From: Eledone cirrhosa
Taxonomy: Eukaryota
Direction: 5' to 3'
Length of the DNA stretch: 64,000 bases
Assembly (NCBI GenBank): GCA_964016885.1
Contig: OZ024740.1
Span: 358,422,001-358,486,000 of the forward strand
Below the pieces are notes generated by a model. It was not told the DNA's origin. It saw only the letters and a list, made by a program, of their open reading frames with translations, and did not search any database. Shown here in pieces: positions 1 to 14,129 of this stretch (positions within the stretch are counted from its first letter, which is position 1; the number at the start of each line of letters is the position of its first letter). Made by a program: the position numbers and the translations under genes.

Positions 1-7
1 TATATAC

Positions 8-80
<73 letters not shown>

Positions 81-117
81 CATATATACATATATATATA
101 TACATATATATATATAC

Positions 118-166
<49 letters not shown>

Positions 167-171
167 TATAC

Positions 172-240
<69 letters not shown>
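1..240. repeat. (TA)n/(TACA) microsatellite
   Basis: Directly visible. Confidence 0.98.
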
Positions 241-241
<1 letters not shown>

Positions 242-861
242 CGATGACGGACAGTCCTGTCTTCTTGCTCTAATTTTATTCATATGTATCCCATTTGCAA
301 CAACGCAGCACGCCATTTGCCATTTTTCATTTATATTTTTCCCTCCGTTGTGACCAGTCTGTTTCTTTCTTACTGCTCTTTCTCTCTCCTTGTATCTCTT
401 ACCTTCATTCACCCCTCTGCCTGTCACCCTCTCTCGGTTGGCCTCTTCCCCACAATTTCACTCACTCACTCTCTGCTACTACCCCTCTCTCACTTGTGTG
501 AAATCCTTTTCTCGCTCACGTTTCACAGGGTCTGAACGCGTCTTTCTCTCCTCGTCCACGATTTGCTCGAACTTAAGTTCACAGATATCACAGACTTGTT
601 TCTTATCTTCCTCTCTTTCCGTTGCATTACCATCTCTGTTTGTTTACATGTCTCGCTTTCTCACCCAATTCTACTTGTCCCAATAACTTTTTTTAGTTAT
701 TGCTCGCACCAGCCTGAGGTATATGGTCTTTAATGCGAAGAAATACCGATGATGGCTGGAAGATCACTGATGACGGACAGTCCTGTCTCCTTGCTCTAAT
801 TTTATTCAAATGTATCTCATTTGCAACAACGCAGCACACCATTTGCCATTTTTCCTTTATA
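241..861 (+). mobile_element. Probable Penelope-like element remnant with ~95-bp direct (pseudo-LTR-like) repeats, embedded in (TA)n
   Basis: 241-335 is repeated at 767-861 (c[c/t]gatgacggacagtcctgtct...ccatttgccatttttc). Both ends abut TA tracts. CTGATGA half-motif at 767. Confidence 0.45.
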
Positions 862-923
862 TATATATATATATAAATATATATACATTCATTCATACAT
901 GCTTTTAACAGTGACGTATGATT

Positions 924-954
<31 letters not shown>

Positions 955-1939
955 TATTTGTTGAAATTATTTGCGTTTTATTTTGGCATTTCTCATTTTT
1001 TCGATTGTGTTTTATCAATATTACAATCTTAACTAAATCCATTTATATATTAGAGAATACAAAAAACAATAGCTTTTGTTATTTAACTAATCTTGTTTAA
1101 TGTTTTTGATTCATACCATATAGTAAGTTTCCAAGATAACTGTTGAAAGTTTTATTATTTGATTTAGGCAAAGTAAATTATGTAAATATTCTAAATAGTT
1201 AGATACTGAAAATATTTTGATTTAATTTTGATTTGTATTTCCACGTTTAAATTTTGAATCCCGCTGAGATCCGGCATCGATAAAATAAGTGCAAACCAAC
1301 TATACCCATGACTACACTTAGAAACTTCAGCTAACAATCAATGTTATGGTTTTCTTGGAAGACAATGGGATGGCTTTGTAACATTCATACATTCATAACT
1401 ATCGCTTGGACTTTGATAACGTAAGGGAAGTAACTAATCAGTACCAGCCATGTTCTGGAAGTTGCTACAAATGTCTATATCCATCACCACACCTGAAGAC
1501 TTATGCTTTAGTCAGTGATTAATATTATGTATTTCTTGCGACAATTAATGTCCTTTGGGCATTAATAATGTAAGTAACTAATAAGAATCACAACTCGACG
1601 ACAGTTTATCATACACTATGGTGCACTGTTTCAAAACTTGATATAAACGTGCGGTACTGAGTGCGAAATATTTAAGGGGAAAAGAGTTAAGGAACATACA
1701 GTATTTTAAATTCAAAATTAAGACATGCCATTTCTAAGTGAACCCTTACCAATTTAAAGCGGAATTATAGATTTCAAATGAGACAGCATAAAATAACATC
1801 ATAGCATCATTTGTAATGCCAACAATGTGAACTGGTCTAGTTAATTATAAGTTTGTATCGACCAAGTAATTAGAGAGAAAACTCATCATGTGGTTGTAAT
1901 ATCTTCCAGTTTTTTAAGAGTAAGTACAGAAATATCATA

Positions 1940-2065
1940 AGGCGGCGAATTGGCAGTCATTAAAACGTCGGATAGAATGTTTTATGGTATTCATTCTGAC
2001 TCTCTGCTCTTTGAGTTCCTTTCGAGGTCGATAAAAAAGGTACATCTAGTACTGGGGTGGATTCT
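1940..2065 (+). mobile_element. Degenerate tRNA-derived SINE (family A)
   Basis: Head aggcggcgaattggcag..., body gaggtcgataaaa..gtac, matching the better copies in the window. Confidence 0.6.
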
Positions 2066-2916
2066 TCCTCTATATCTTTTTCTCATTTTCTCTCTCTCAC
2101 TTTCTATCTTTCTCTGGAAGAAATCTGCTGTACTCTGCCCTGCAAAGGTATGGGCTCCGCCAGGCTTAAAATGTCAATACGGCACCCCTACGACTCTATC
2201 AGGAGTTACGGGATCATAAATACAACAGTATCGCCTGTTAAAGACACCTATGTATTTAACGATTAGATAATGCACTGTACCCCCCCCCCCCCCCCCCCAA
2301 AAAAAAAAACATACATTCCATCAGATGTTATCAATGCAGTATTTCTATAGAAAAGGAGTAATTAAGATTTTGATTAAAGAAGTGCATTTCTGATTTGTTT
2401 TGTTTGTTATATCGATATTTTCTTGACTAATTAAATCAAGTAAGTTTAGGTTTTGTTTAATTAATATGAGCTCACTATTGAATCACTATTCCTACTTTGA
2501 AAGAGCATGTGCTCATTTAGAAATCTCTACTCTCACTTAGATCTGACATGTGTTCATTTTCAAATCATTATTCTCAATTTGAATTGATATGTCATATCTA
2601 ACTTTACTTATCGATGTCACTTGTAAATGCATCCATTCTCAGATAATACTTTTCTTTCCACATATAATGCCGAAGCTTCAGAATTTATGAAAAAGGAAAA
2701 AAATCATATTTCATACGCAGAATGTTAAATATGTAGATGCTCCAACTTAAACCAATTTTCTCCTAGGGAAGGAATGTAAACGATTAAATCGATTAAATTG
2801 TATCGCGAGTACATATCTGCTTTTACCGATGCTTAAAAGAACGAAAGGAAATACAGACACCGATGGGACTTGGATTCCAAATTCCAATTGCTATATAGAT
2901 TTAAGAGATTAAATAA

Positions 2917-3120
2917 AGGCGCGTAGCTTAGTGGCTAGAGCGTTGGATTCACAATCGGTGGCTGTGAATTCAATTCTCGGACAGGGTGATGCATTGTGTC
3001 CTTGAGCAATATACTTTATTTGAAATTGCTCCCGTTTACTCAGCTGTAGAAATGAGTTGTAATGACGTTGATGCCAAGCTGTATCAGCATTTGCCTTTTC
3101 CTTGGACGACATCAGCGGAG
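2917..3120 (+). mobile_element. tRNA-derived SINE (family B)
   Basis: A-box-like tagcttagtgg, B-box-like gaattcaattc, body tgtgtccttgagcaa..actttattt..ttgctcc..actcagctg..aaatgagttg. Related copies at ~38575-38860 and ~42090-42400 (+), and ~37690-37900 and ~59615-59840 (-). Confidence 0.7.
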
Positions 3121-5381
3121 TTAGTCACGACAGGCCTAGCAAGTCGGCAACGGAAAATAAACCTACTAACAAAAATATATCGTTCTGGAGGACCTTATGG
3201 ATTGACGGACCTAGCTGGTGTTGGATGAAGATTTAGAAGTTTTATAAATATACAACGAAGAATCCGAAGAATGATAAAATGGTTTAACCAATATCTCAAT
3301 ATATATCTTCTCAAAGGTACTACATAAATAATCAAGGAATTGATAACGAACAATACTCCAATAAACACAGCTAATATTAATCAACGTTTTGTTGGTAAAT
3401 TATACGAACAATTTTGTCACAATAACACAAATCATTCTTATTTATGATATTAAGGCAACCCAGCTTGTTTGCATTACAAGCTATATCCCAGCAATACGTA
3501 AATCTATATATCTGGAGGTCTGAATATATAGAATACTTCAAAGAAGTTTCTCATCTACACAAGCAAGGTTGTTTGAACTCCCTTTTCTTCCCCTTCTTAC
3601 ATCAACAACGACAACAGCTGAAAAGGAGTACGAATTTAAAGAGGTATCATAAAAAACGAAATTAGAGCACCAGAATTAGATTGTTGTTGGATAGCCCCAG
3701 CTCAGCTATGATCAAGCAAACCCCAGGAGAATAAAACACGATAGAATGAGGTGTTGCAAAAGGAAACTGTAGCTCAGAAAATTATTACTTGAGCCAAATG
3801 CTCTTCTAAATGTTTGACAAAATTAAACCTAGGTCGTACTTCTTTATCAAATGTAAAGAGAATTTTACTGAAACACTTCGTAAAGATGCTTTCTTCATCA
3901 TTTTAAAAGAACGTTGAGCATACCTCTTTCATCTAATTTCTATCTTAAAATATATGTTTTTCTACTTAAAAACATACAAACAAAAGTGCATGCAAGATAT
4001 ATAAAAATGAGAACATGCAATCTGTGAGGTGGGTGGGTGAGGTAAATAACAAAAGTAATAAATTAAGTTGTAAATTAAGCAATAAGGAAATAATTATTAC
4101 CAGAATGTATAATGCAGTTAATTGTAAAGAAACCAAATGGAATGTTTTGACGTAAGAACAGAATTGGCTATACTTACCATGTCATTGATATATTGGGAAA
4201 TATATTAATTGCTATGTTCAAAGGATTTCAGTTAAACGAAGATTAGGAAGGTATAGAAAAGATAACATCAAAGACATTCCAAGCAATTGATAAGGAAGTA
4301 GCGAAAAATTTAATTTCATTATATAAATAAAGGCTTTCATTTGCAGAGTAAATGTAACCAAAGACATAAAGTCAGCCCGTATGAAATCAAGAATACTCAA
4401 TTAATTTGAATAAGAAATAAAAATAAATCTACCACACACTATTTTCATTGAATGTCAAGAAATTTGATTTCCTAAGAAGTAAAACAAAACACGTGAAAAC
4501 GTAATTAGTGTGCCAAAATTGATGAAAATAAGGTGAATAATAAGAGCTGATTAGTCAGTTTCAGGAAAGATTGCATGGTAATCAGTATTTAGAAAACAAA
4601 TATCAGATTATTTATGCGAATAATTAAACTTTGGTTTGAGGTAATGAGTTTGGGCGTGTTAAAGCTCATGCTGTTCGGTCTCACTCTTTTATAATTTCTT
4701 CTCGCTCCCATAATATCTCAGCTATAATTTTCGTGTCAATATCTTGGCTTCTCTGAGGCTTTGTATTCTCGCCAAAACTTCACCCAATTGTCTAAATGTC
4801 TTCCATTTTCTTATCATTCTAATCATTCCTTGATATGGCTCGTTAAATGTTGACGATATAATTAACATTATTTAGTAACTCAGGAAATAAATTCTACTTA
4901 ATAGCATATTTGACAATTAATCTTGCAATTATCTTTAAATTAATATATATTACAATACATCATTCATGATTTATACATTATATACATTATATACATATCG
5001 TATACAAGGTCTGTCACATTGGTAAGGGTCCGTGTGCAAGATAATAAGAGGGAACGAAATAGAGAGTGAGCAACGGTGGTAGTATTGGTGGAAACAGCGC
5101 CGATTTAATCACATGCTGTAACAAGTCATTATGGAAAGGTGATGGTAAGAGTGTGTGTATGTAAGAGAGAGAGAGAGAGATTAATTACTTTTTAAAATGT
5201 CAATTATGTTTTAGAAAGAAGGCGATGGTAAGATTATGTGTGCAAATGAGAGATCGGGTGTGAATAATATTCCTTTTTTGGTAGTTGCAGTCATTTGATA
5301 AACTCATTCGATTTATTTTGTAATTATGTACTCTATATACTATTTGGGTCTATTCAAATGTGTTATAAATGAAACATTAAT

Positions 5382-5561
5382 TGTTTCTACGTCAGGCACA
5401 AGGCCAGCAATTACCCAGTGCATTACTGGTACTTTATTTTATCGACCCCGTAAGGATGAAAGGCAAAGTCAACCTCGGCGGGATTTGAACTCAGATCGTA
5501 AAGGGACGTAACTATGCTGGAAAGCATGGCGTCCGAACCTCTACCGATACTGCCAATCCAC
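5382..5561 (-). mobile_element. tRNA-derived SINE (family A) with 14-bp TSD
   Basis: On the minus strand: A-box TGGCAGTATCGG, B-box GAGTTCAAATCC, core gcctttcatccttacggggtcgataaaa. TSD AATGAAACATTAAT at 5368-5381 and 5562-5575. Confidence 0.9.
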
Positions 5562-5743
5562 AATGAAACATTAATGAGATCTGATATTAAAAACGACATA
5601 CTGATTGTTTCTAATTAAACGGTGGCGTCCTTACGAGCTTACCTAGTAGATGATTAATAGTAGAACATTAATGAATTATCCAACGTGACTCCTTAAAAGG
5701 AATGAAAGAGAGAGAGAGAGAGACAGAGAGTGAGAGAGAGAGA

Positions 5744-5804
<61 letters not shown>

Positions 5805-5944
5805 ACGCATGCACGCTTCTCTGTATGTGTAATATATAGAGAAAAAGATATATATATATATACTTGGAGACGGTCATATTGTTGTAATATTGCCAGAAAT
5901 AATAACAGAACACATCAGTGTTTGGTTAGTTTTCGCTTCTGTAT

Positions 5945-6016
<72 letters not shown>

Positions 6017-7139
6017 TGAGAGAGAGAAAATAAAGTTTCAGCTCATCGACGAAAAAACATACGCCGCGTTAGTCTCAAAATAACTGTATCATGTTAGATA
6101 TATTTTCAGCTCTTCAAAGGTAGATTTTCTGAAAGGTGCAAGAGAATGACAGTTGCAAATAAAGAAGAACGGAAAAAGATCGACAATGAAACAAATCCCA
6201 TTCATAAATCATGATTCATAAATAAATAAGTTGTTGATTGAAAGAACAAGGGAAGCTTCATTCAAAAACTACTTAAGGTAACTTCCAAAGTAACGAAACT
6301 AATGCATGGCAATTCTATAAAAAACAAATTAAGAATCATTTAACGTAATATAAGTACTTAATGTGTGAACATTAGCATACGGTTTGAAATATGAATATAC
6401 AAACTGCCCCAAATGAAAGGAAAATAGTGAGTGCATGTGTGTATGTGAGTGTGTGTGTGTGGGGGGGGGGGGGGGTGAGAGAGTGAGAGAGAGAGAGGAA
6501 GAGAAAGAGTGAGGGAGTGAGAGAGCGAGAGAGAATAAGAGTGAGGGAGGGAAACGAGATTGTGAGGACGCGCTCGCACACAATATTCTCTTATAGAGGC
6601 TCGTATCCCAAAAGAGGACAGTTGAAAAGGCCTCCAGCTTAATGTTTCTGGGCGATCAAATTCTTATACATACAAGAGATTTCGACCTCTAGACAGTCTG
6701 ATTTACAAGTTGACAAAATAAAGTTTGCCTCACGACTCTGCAACAGATAATTTTGTTTTTATCCAGCATAGCAATGTAGACATACGCGCTAGCCAGCCCT
6801 GTTGGAATCGGCATTAGCTGAGTTTGTTGCCGGATTAGTAAAATTTATTACATTTTATTTTACATTATACACATAAGGTACTGCTATTGTTTTCATTCCG
6901 TTCTTCATTGCTGCACATGATTTCCAAGTAAATCATGTTATAAATAAAGAGAATATTTAAATAAGCAATATTTTGCTCATTTGTTAATTCTTGTACATGC
7001 GATTTGGGAAAATCATTTTCCTCACGGTAATGTCCCTTCACATCACAACAAGCGAGTGCAACTACTCAATATTTCTCTCGACGTATTCAGATATATATCT
7101 TTTGTCCAGACCACTTTTCATTACTCGACAAAAAGCTAT

Positions 7140-8090
7140 TCACCCATTCAACTATCTATACGACAACTTCATCTCGCAACTCATTCTAACATCTAACAAA
7201 TAGACCAAACTGACAAACAAATAATCTTCTCGAGGTCAACTTGTCCAAGTCGGAGGTGGTGAATGTCAACCACAATGCAGAGCAGAGGGCTTTGTAACCT
7301 CCGTCGTCTTACGGGCGATCCATACTCCGCCAGATGCAGGTGACCCCGAAAGTCTCCGGCCATCCTCTCCACCATCAGGTCCAGGTGTTTGCAGCTCATG
7401 ACACTCACGAGCAGACTGGGCATAATTAATGCCCAGTCAGCTCTCTTTCTGTTGATAAACTGTTTCGCCATGACGAAGCTCCTCTACACATTTCCTTGCT
7501 ACAGCTACGCATCTCTCCTCACTGACCTCGACATTTGTATCCCAGTGGCAGCTGAGGGGATATGCAACATCAGGTTTGATGACTTTGGATGGCAACAGAT
7601 CACCTTACCTGTTAGAAACGGTGGCAATCATCCACGTCATGTTGCTCTCAACGAGGTCATGAAGCATGGCTTGGATGCTGCAAGCTTCCTCTCCCAGCTC
7701 GAGCCAGCGGGAATGGACCGAGGCGACGGTAAAAGTCCAGACGGTATGACCATCTTCCCGTTCCGCGGTGGTAAACCCCTCATCTGGGGTGCCACATGCA
7801 GTGACATATTCTTCACCGGCAACATGGTGCAGTCTGCGACTAACCCAAGCTTTGCTGCATTTCGGGTAAACTCTCCAAATATTGGTCGCTCTCCGACAGG
7901 TTTGCAGTCGAGCCCGTAGCAGTTGAGACTTCTGGTGTCCTTGGCCCAACGGCCACCTCCCTACTCACGACCATCGGCACAGAGTTGGCTACCGGCAGGT
8001 GTGAGCCTTGCGAGCTGGACTTGGCTCTTCTCGTGCGTCTCTCTCCCCATCTTCCGGGGAAACGCCTTCTTTATTCTGTCATATGACGGG
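7140..8090 (+). mobile_element. Degenerate CRE-type non-LTR retrotransposon remnant (restriction-like endonuclease region)
   Basis: ORF 7389-7919 contains RHVALNEVMK...LEPAGMDRGDGKSPDGMTIFPFRGGKPLIWGATCSD, matching the RH..LN / EP.G..R.DGKRPDG.T..PW..G..L.WD.T motif of CRE-clade RLE. Confidence 0.75.
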
Positions 8091-8103
8091 TAATACTCTA
8101 GTT

Positions 8104-8422
8104 CAGCTGTATACAACCACCGGGCCGCGGACTGGTATCAGGCCTAACCATTTGGTATCGGGCCGCACAGAAAGAATAACACTTTTTTTTCCATTTTATT
8201 GACTGTTGCGTTCTAAATTATGTTGAGTTGAGTCTGCATTACGTTGAGCTGAGTTACATTTTCTGTATAAATGTAATAATTAGATGAATAATACAATTAT
8301 ATAATATGCACTTTATTTTTATTGTTTTCTTATGCGGTGAACGACACTCATCCCCCCTCGGCCCGTGCAGAAATTGTCTTGCATAACACTGGTCTGTGGC
8401 TTAAAAAGGTTGGGGACTCCTG
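8104..8422. mobile_element. hAT/Charlie-type non-autonomous DNA transposon (MITE)
   Basis: Termini cagctgtatacaacc / ggttggggactcctg. 8-bp TSD ctctagtt / ctttagtt (7/8 match, Charlie-like TCTAG core). Confidence 0.75.
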
Positions 8423-8968
8423 CTTTAGTTTATATAAATACATTACAAAGTTTATCTCTTTGTCTAGAAACAATGTTACAATTTCTTAACGAATCGACAC
8501 AACATTTGGCAGAGAGATTTATCCCGGAATAATTGATGAACAAACATTTTTCACATCCAATATCTGAAACTAGAGAAGAAAAGAGTTTTTTTTGGAGAGA
8601 TGTAGAATAAATAATGATATACCATCCTTGGATTTCTTAAAATTTGAATTTTAAATGCTCTGATACTTGAATTGCCCTTAATTTCTCCCGTTTCTTTTCA
8701 CTCCTGAAGAACAGATGACGGTTAAGTTCATCGAGCTTATCTCATCTTACAAATGAAAATAGTGAAGTACTACACTATAACCTCATATAAATATTTATAT
8801 ATATATATATTTGTGTTCCCACGCAAATCCGTTTATCCACAATGTAACGTATTGTATTCGCTCTGATATGCAGATTCGTATTTGCAACATACGATTTTTA
8901 TAAAATCATTGAACATGTGAGAATCGGCAACCCCAGGCGACATCTAATTGTCTGGCTTGGTATCATTG

Positions 8969-10322
<1,354 letters not shown>

Positions 10323-10748
10323 GAAACACACGCACACACGCACTTACGCATAGAACTGCAAAGTATACGATAAATAAAAATACAACATCGAAATCAAACA
10401 AGTCACGCAGTAAAAAATATATTTGGTATAACCCCATATTTAACACCTCTATTAGTACTAACCTACCCTCTACCTTCTTTAGAATAATAAATAAGCACTT
10501 TCCGGATTCACATAGATACAGCAAAATCCGTAACAGTAAATCTATTAGACTATCTTACTCCACAGCACCAAATATAGAGGCACACATTAAGATGCTTAAC
10601 GCTAAAAAGATACATAACAACACCAAAACACAAATTTACAACAATAACAATACAATCACCATCGAACACAACAAAATATCTAATACACAACCACCCGCTA
10701 ATAGGCAAACAAACGTAACACACTTGTACAGGCATCGCAGCCCACCAA

Positions 10749-12423
10749 GACTGATCACGGACACTGAGATACAGGACGCTCTGGGCCGCTGCGGGAAACG
10801 CAAGTCACCCTGTCTAGATGGTCTACCCTACGAGTTTTACATAGGCATGCCGGACTTGTTCTCTGGCATCCTCGAAGCCGTCTACTGCAATTGGCAGCAG
10901 AACGGAAGAATTCCCAGTTCTGTAGGCAAGGGCGTAGTAACGCTGATCAGGAAAGACGAGAGTAAGGGGGATGAAATTAACAACTTCAGGCCCATAACTC
11001 TGCTCAACACAGAGTTAAAGATTTTGGCCAAGGTGCTAGCGACGAGGTTGGCGCTTGTCGTCGAGAACCTGGTAGGGAAAGCGCAAACGTGTGCAATCCC
11101 GACCAAGTCCATACACGACAACCTCCACGCCATGCGATACATCATAGAGAGGGTGGGTAGTAAACCCGGCTTCGGTGGGGCTCTGATCAACTTGGATCAG
11201 TCTAAGGCATTCGATAGAGTCCATCATCGATACTTGGAAGCGGTTCTCAAGGCGGCCGGTTTCGGTCCCGTGTTTAGGGGATGGATCGAGGCGATGCACA
11301 CCAGCATCTGCTCGAGGGTCAAGGTGAACGGCTACCTATCGGAGCCGTTCGCAATCACGCGTTCCATTCGACAGGGGTGCCCTCTCTCCTCCATTCTGTA
11401 TGTATTGACTCTAGAGCCACTACTGCGGAAATTGGAGCTGTTGCAGGGCATCCGTCTAGAACCAGGACTGGGCAAAGCGGCGTCGGCTTATGCCGACGAC
11501 GTGGCGGTAATGGTGTCGAGCACCTCGGAAATCGGGGTGATCGGCAACTTAAAGAAAGAATACGAAACGCTGACGGGAGCAAAACTAAACCCGGAGAAGT
11601 CTGTCGGTTCGCAACTCGGTTCGTGGAGAGGCAAACCGATGACGTCCGACAGCGTCGTTGGACGCTACGCGGACGGACCGGTGAAATTGCTCTGGGTCTG
11701 GTTCGGTCCAGACCTCCAGGTGGAGAAAAACTGGAACGAGGTCACGGCCAAGGTGTTTGCACTCACACAGAAGTGGGCAGAGTGCAAACTGTCCTTGAAA
11801 GGTCGAGCGGAGGTGGCGAACACTTTCATAGCGTCCGTCATCTACTACCGTTTGACTGTCGTGCTTTGTCCCCGTGAACACCTCGCCAAGATGGAACGCA
11901 TGCTCTTCCAGTTTCTGTGGAAGAAGCAGGCTCCGCTGGTGAGGAGATCCGTCTGCTGTCAGCACCCTTCCAACGGAGGGCTGAGAAAGTCGTGGCTGAT
12001 GATGCACAAACATGTGCTGAGGCTGCGGCATCTCTAGGTATTCCTCACCGACCCCCAAAAGGTGTGGGCACCGTTTGTGAGACAGGCTTTCCCACAGCTC
12101 GTCTCGCTGACGGAGCTGCAGTCCTGAGTCAAGAAAAGACCGAAAATGATGGGCGTCTTGCATATTGAATGCGCTCAGGCGCTCACAGTCCTCTGGCAAG
12201 CGGGCGCAGCAATCAGTGGAGACTCCACTTCAACATTCTATAGAGGGATTGTACGTCACAAGGGCGACGACGTGCTCGGAGAGACTCTGGGCGTCGAAGA
12301 CGATGAGCTCACCAGTCTGTTTGGTAGGACTTTCCGCCCGGGACCTATGGACAACTTCCAGAGGTCCTTGGCCTGGCAGTGCTACCGAGGAGCTCTACCG
12401 GTTCGTAACAAGATCTACAGGCA
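10749..12423 (+). mobile_element. Internal (5'- and 3'-truncated) Tx1/L1 ORF2 fragment covering the RT domain
   Basis: KSPCLDGLPYEFY, FRPITLLN, LDQSKAFDRV, IRQGCPLS, YADD. Colinear with ~28928-30536. Flanked by a 22-bp duplication at 10727-10748 and 12416-12437. Contains stops and a frameshift after 12035. Confidence 0.93.
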
Positions 12424-12439
12424 TCGCAGCCCACCAATA

Positions 12440-12900
12440 ATGCCAAAGTTGCCTATGACAAGAATTGTAACTGCCACCTACCTGAAACTTGTCCATTACA
12501 TAATAAATGTATGCAGTCTAACCTGGTTTACCAATGCACAGTGGAATCAGACAACCAGAAATGGTATTACATCGGAGCGACTGGGAATACATTTAAAGTC
12601 CGTTGGTATACACACCGTTACGCATTGAAACATTCCCAGCATCGTTATGTAACTACCCTTGCAATCAAGACCTGGCAACTGAGGGAAAGTAACCATCAAT
12701 ACACCCTGAAGTGGAAAAAATTATCGAACGTGCCCCCATATCGGAGTGGTATGAGAAGCTGTCGATTATGCGACCTTGAGCTGTTCCACATATTGAGGTC
12801 GAAGAATAAGTTACTCAACAATAAAATCGAAAGATCAATTTATTGTAACCATAGACTCAAAGAGAAGTTTTCGCACTACAAATGCAAATCGAACCCTTAA
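12440..12900 (+). pseudogene. GIY-YIG endonuclease domain of the PLE (open frame, no upstream RT core)
   Basis: ORF 12511-12900: LVYQ...YYIG.T...FK.R...H, with an upstream CNC..CP..C motif in the same frame. Confidence 0.85.
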
Positions 12901-13167
12901 CCTCTTTCTACCAACTGACAAACTGCATCTACTTAGACTTTATACCCTCTTGTTGTATCTAAACCCTTTTAATTACCCACAAAAACCAACATCTATATCC
13001 CCCTCCTCCTTCATTCCCCTTCTATTTCTTCGTTTTCTTCCTTCCTTCCCTCCCCTTCTTGGCTATCTTTTCTTTTCTTTTCTTCTTTCTCCCCCCTTCT
13101 TTGCTTTTATTTTTGACATTATTATCTTTATCTTTATTTTTCATATATATATTTCTTTCTTTATATC

Positions 13168-13203
<36 letters not shown>

Positions 13204-13260
13204 ATCCATCCCTCACACTATGATCAATTTAATTCTCTTTAACCCACTACATTCCACGAC

Positions 13261-13292
<32 letters not shown>

Positions 13293-13329
13293 CTGTATAT
13301 ATATATACATACATATCTATATACATATC

Positions 13330-13449
<120 letters not shown>

Positions 13450-13450
13450 C

Positions 13451-13532
13451 CACCACCCCACTCTCAAGAGCGTGAAACTAATAAACATTTGTTCGTACTG
13501 CCTCTCTGTCTTGTTCCCGTTCAATTTTTTAC

Positions 13533-13533
<1 letters not shown>
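13451..13533 (+). mobile_element. PLE 3'-terminal fragment between TA tracts
   Basis: cactctcaagagcgtgaaactaataaac...ctgcctctctgtcttgttcccgt matches the reverse complement of 39260-39330, which lies next to a hammerhead motif. Confidence 0.65.
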
Positions 13534-13564
<31 letters not shown>

Positions 13565-13766
13565 TATGTGCGTGTGGATATAAATGTATGACTTTAAATA
13601 TAGGCCTTATGTGGACATATGTGTCCACATAATGCCTTACCCACGAGGGTAAGTGCACCATTGCTAATCGTTATGTATATAAAGAACTCGGTAAAATTTG
13701 CTATAAGTTAATTCATGTACAATGTTTAGGTATTTGCCTCTCTGAAAACGCAGACACCATAAAAAA

Positions 13767-13822
<56 letters not shown>

Positions 13823-13823
13823 C

Positions 13824-13906
<83 letters not shown>

Positions 13907-13912
13907 TCTATC
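13767..13912. repeat. (CTAT)n-(CT)n-(CTAT)n compound microsatellite; upstream flank of the Tx1 array
   Basis: Directly visible. Confidence 0.97.
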
Positions 13913-14129
13913 AGACGTGTGTAACTTCGCGGAGAAGTTTCCGTTAATTTATGTAAGAAAAAAACGTGAGTTTTTAGTTAAATTTTATATCATTGTTTAA
14001 CTTGACCCCCCGTCTGAACCTTCAGGTGGTAGGTCACCTCATTTTCGCCCCTACAGGGGCGGAATATCCATTTAAAAAATTTCTCTCCATCGAATCTTGG
14101 AAAAAATATTGTAAAATTTTGATTACGTT

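Larger units (their letters stand above)
10323..13260 (+). mobile_element. Penelope-like element (Neptune-type), right arm: linker + Cys-rich motif + GIY-YIG endonuclease + 3' UTR, interrupted by a Tx1 RT fragment
   Basis: IWYNPIFNTSISTN...IINKHFPDSHRYSKI..SIRLSYSTAPNI at 10.4-10.6 kb. After the insert: CNCHLPETCPLHNKCMQSNLVYQCTV..YYIGATGNTFKVRWYTH..CRLCDLE, stop at 12900. Confidence 0.88.

Noticed and set aside
767-800. Hammerhead ribozymes at 241/767, ~33220-33390 and ~56418-56450
   Set aside because: Each has only one intact catalytic box (CUGAUGA without GAAA, or GAAAC without CUGANGA).
2917-2995. tRNA genes at A/B-box sequences
   Set aside because: No full cloverleaf. The boxes run into SINE cores and tails that recur many times in the window.
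6103-6283. Possible host exon (ttttcag ... aag|gtaact)
   Set aside because: Stops in all three frames and no partner exons identified.
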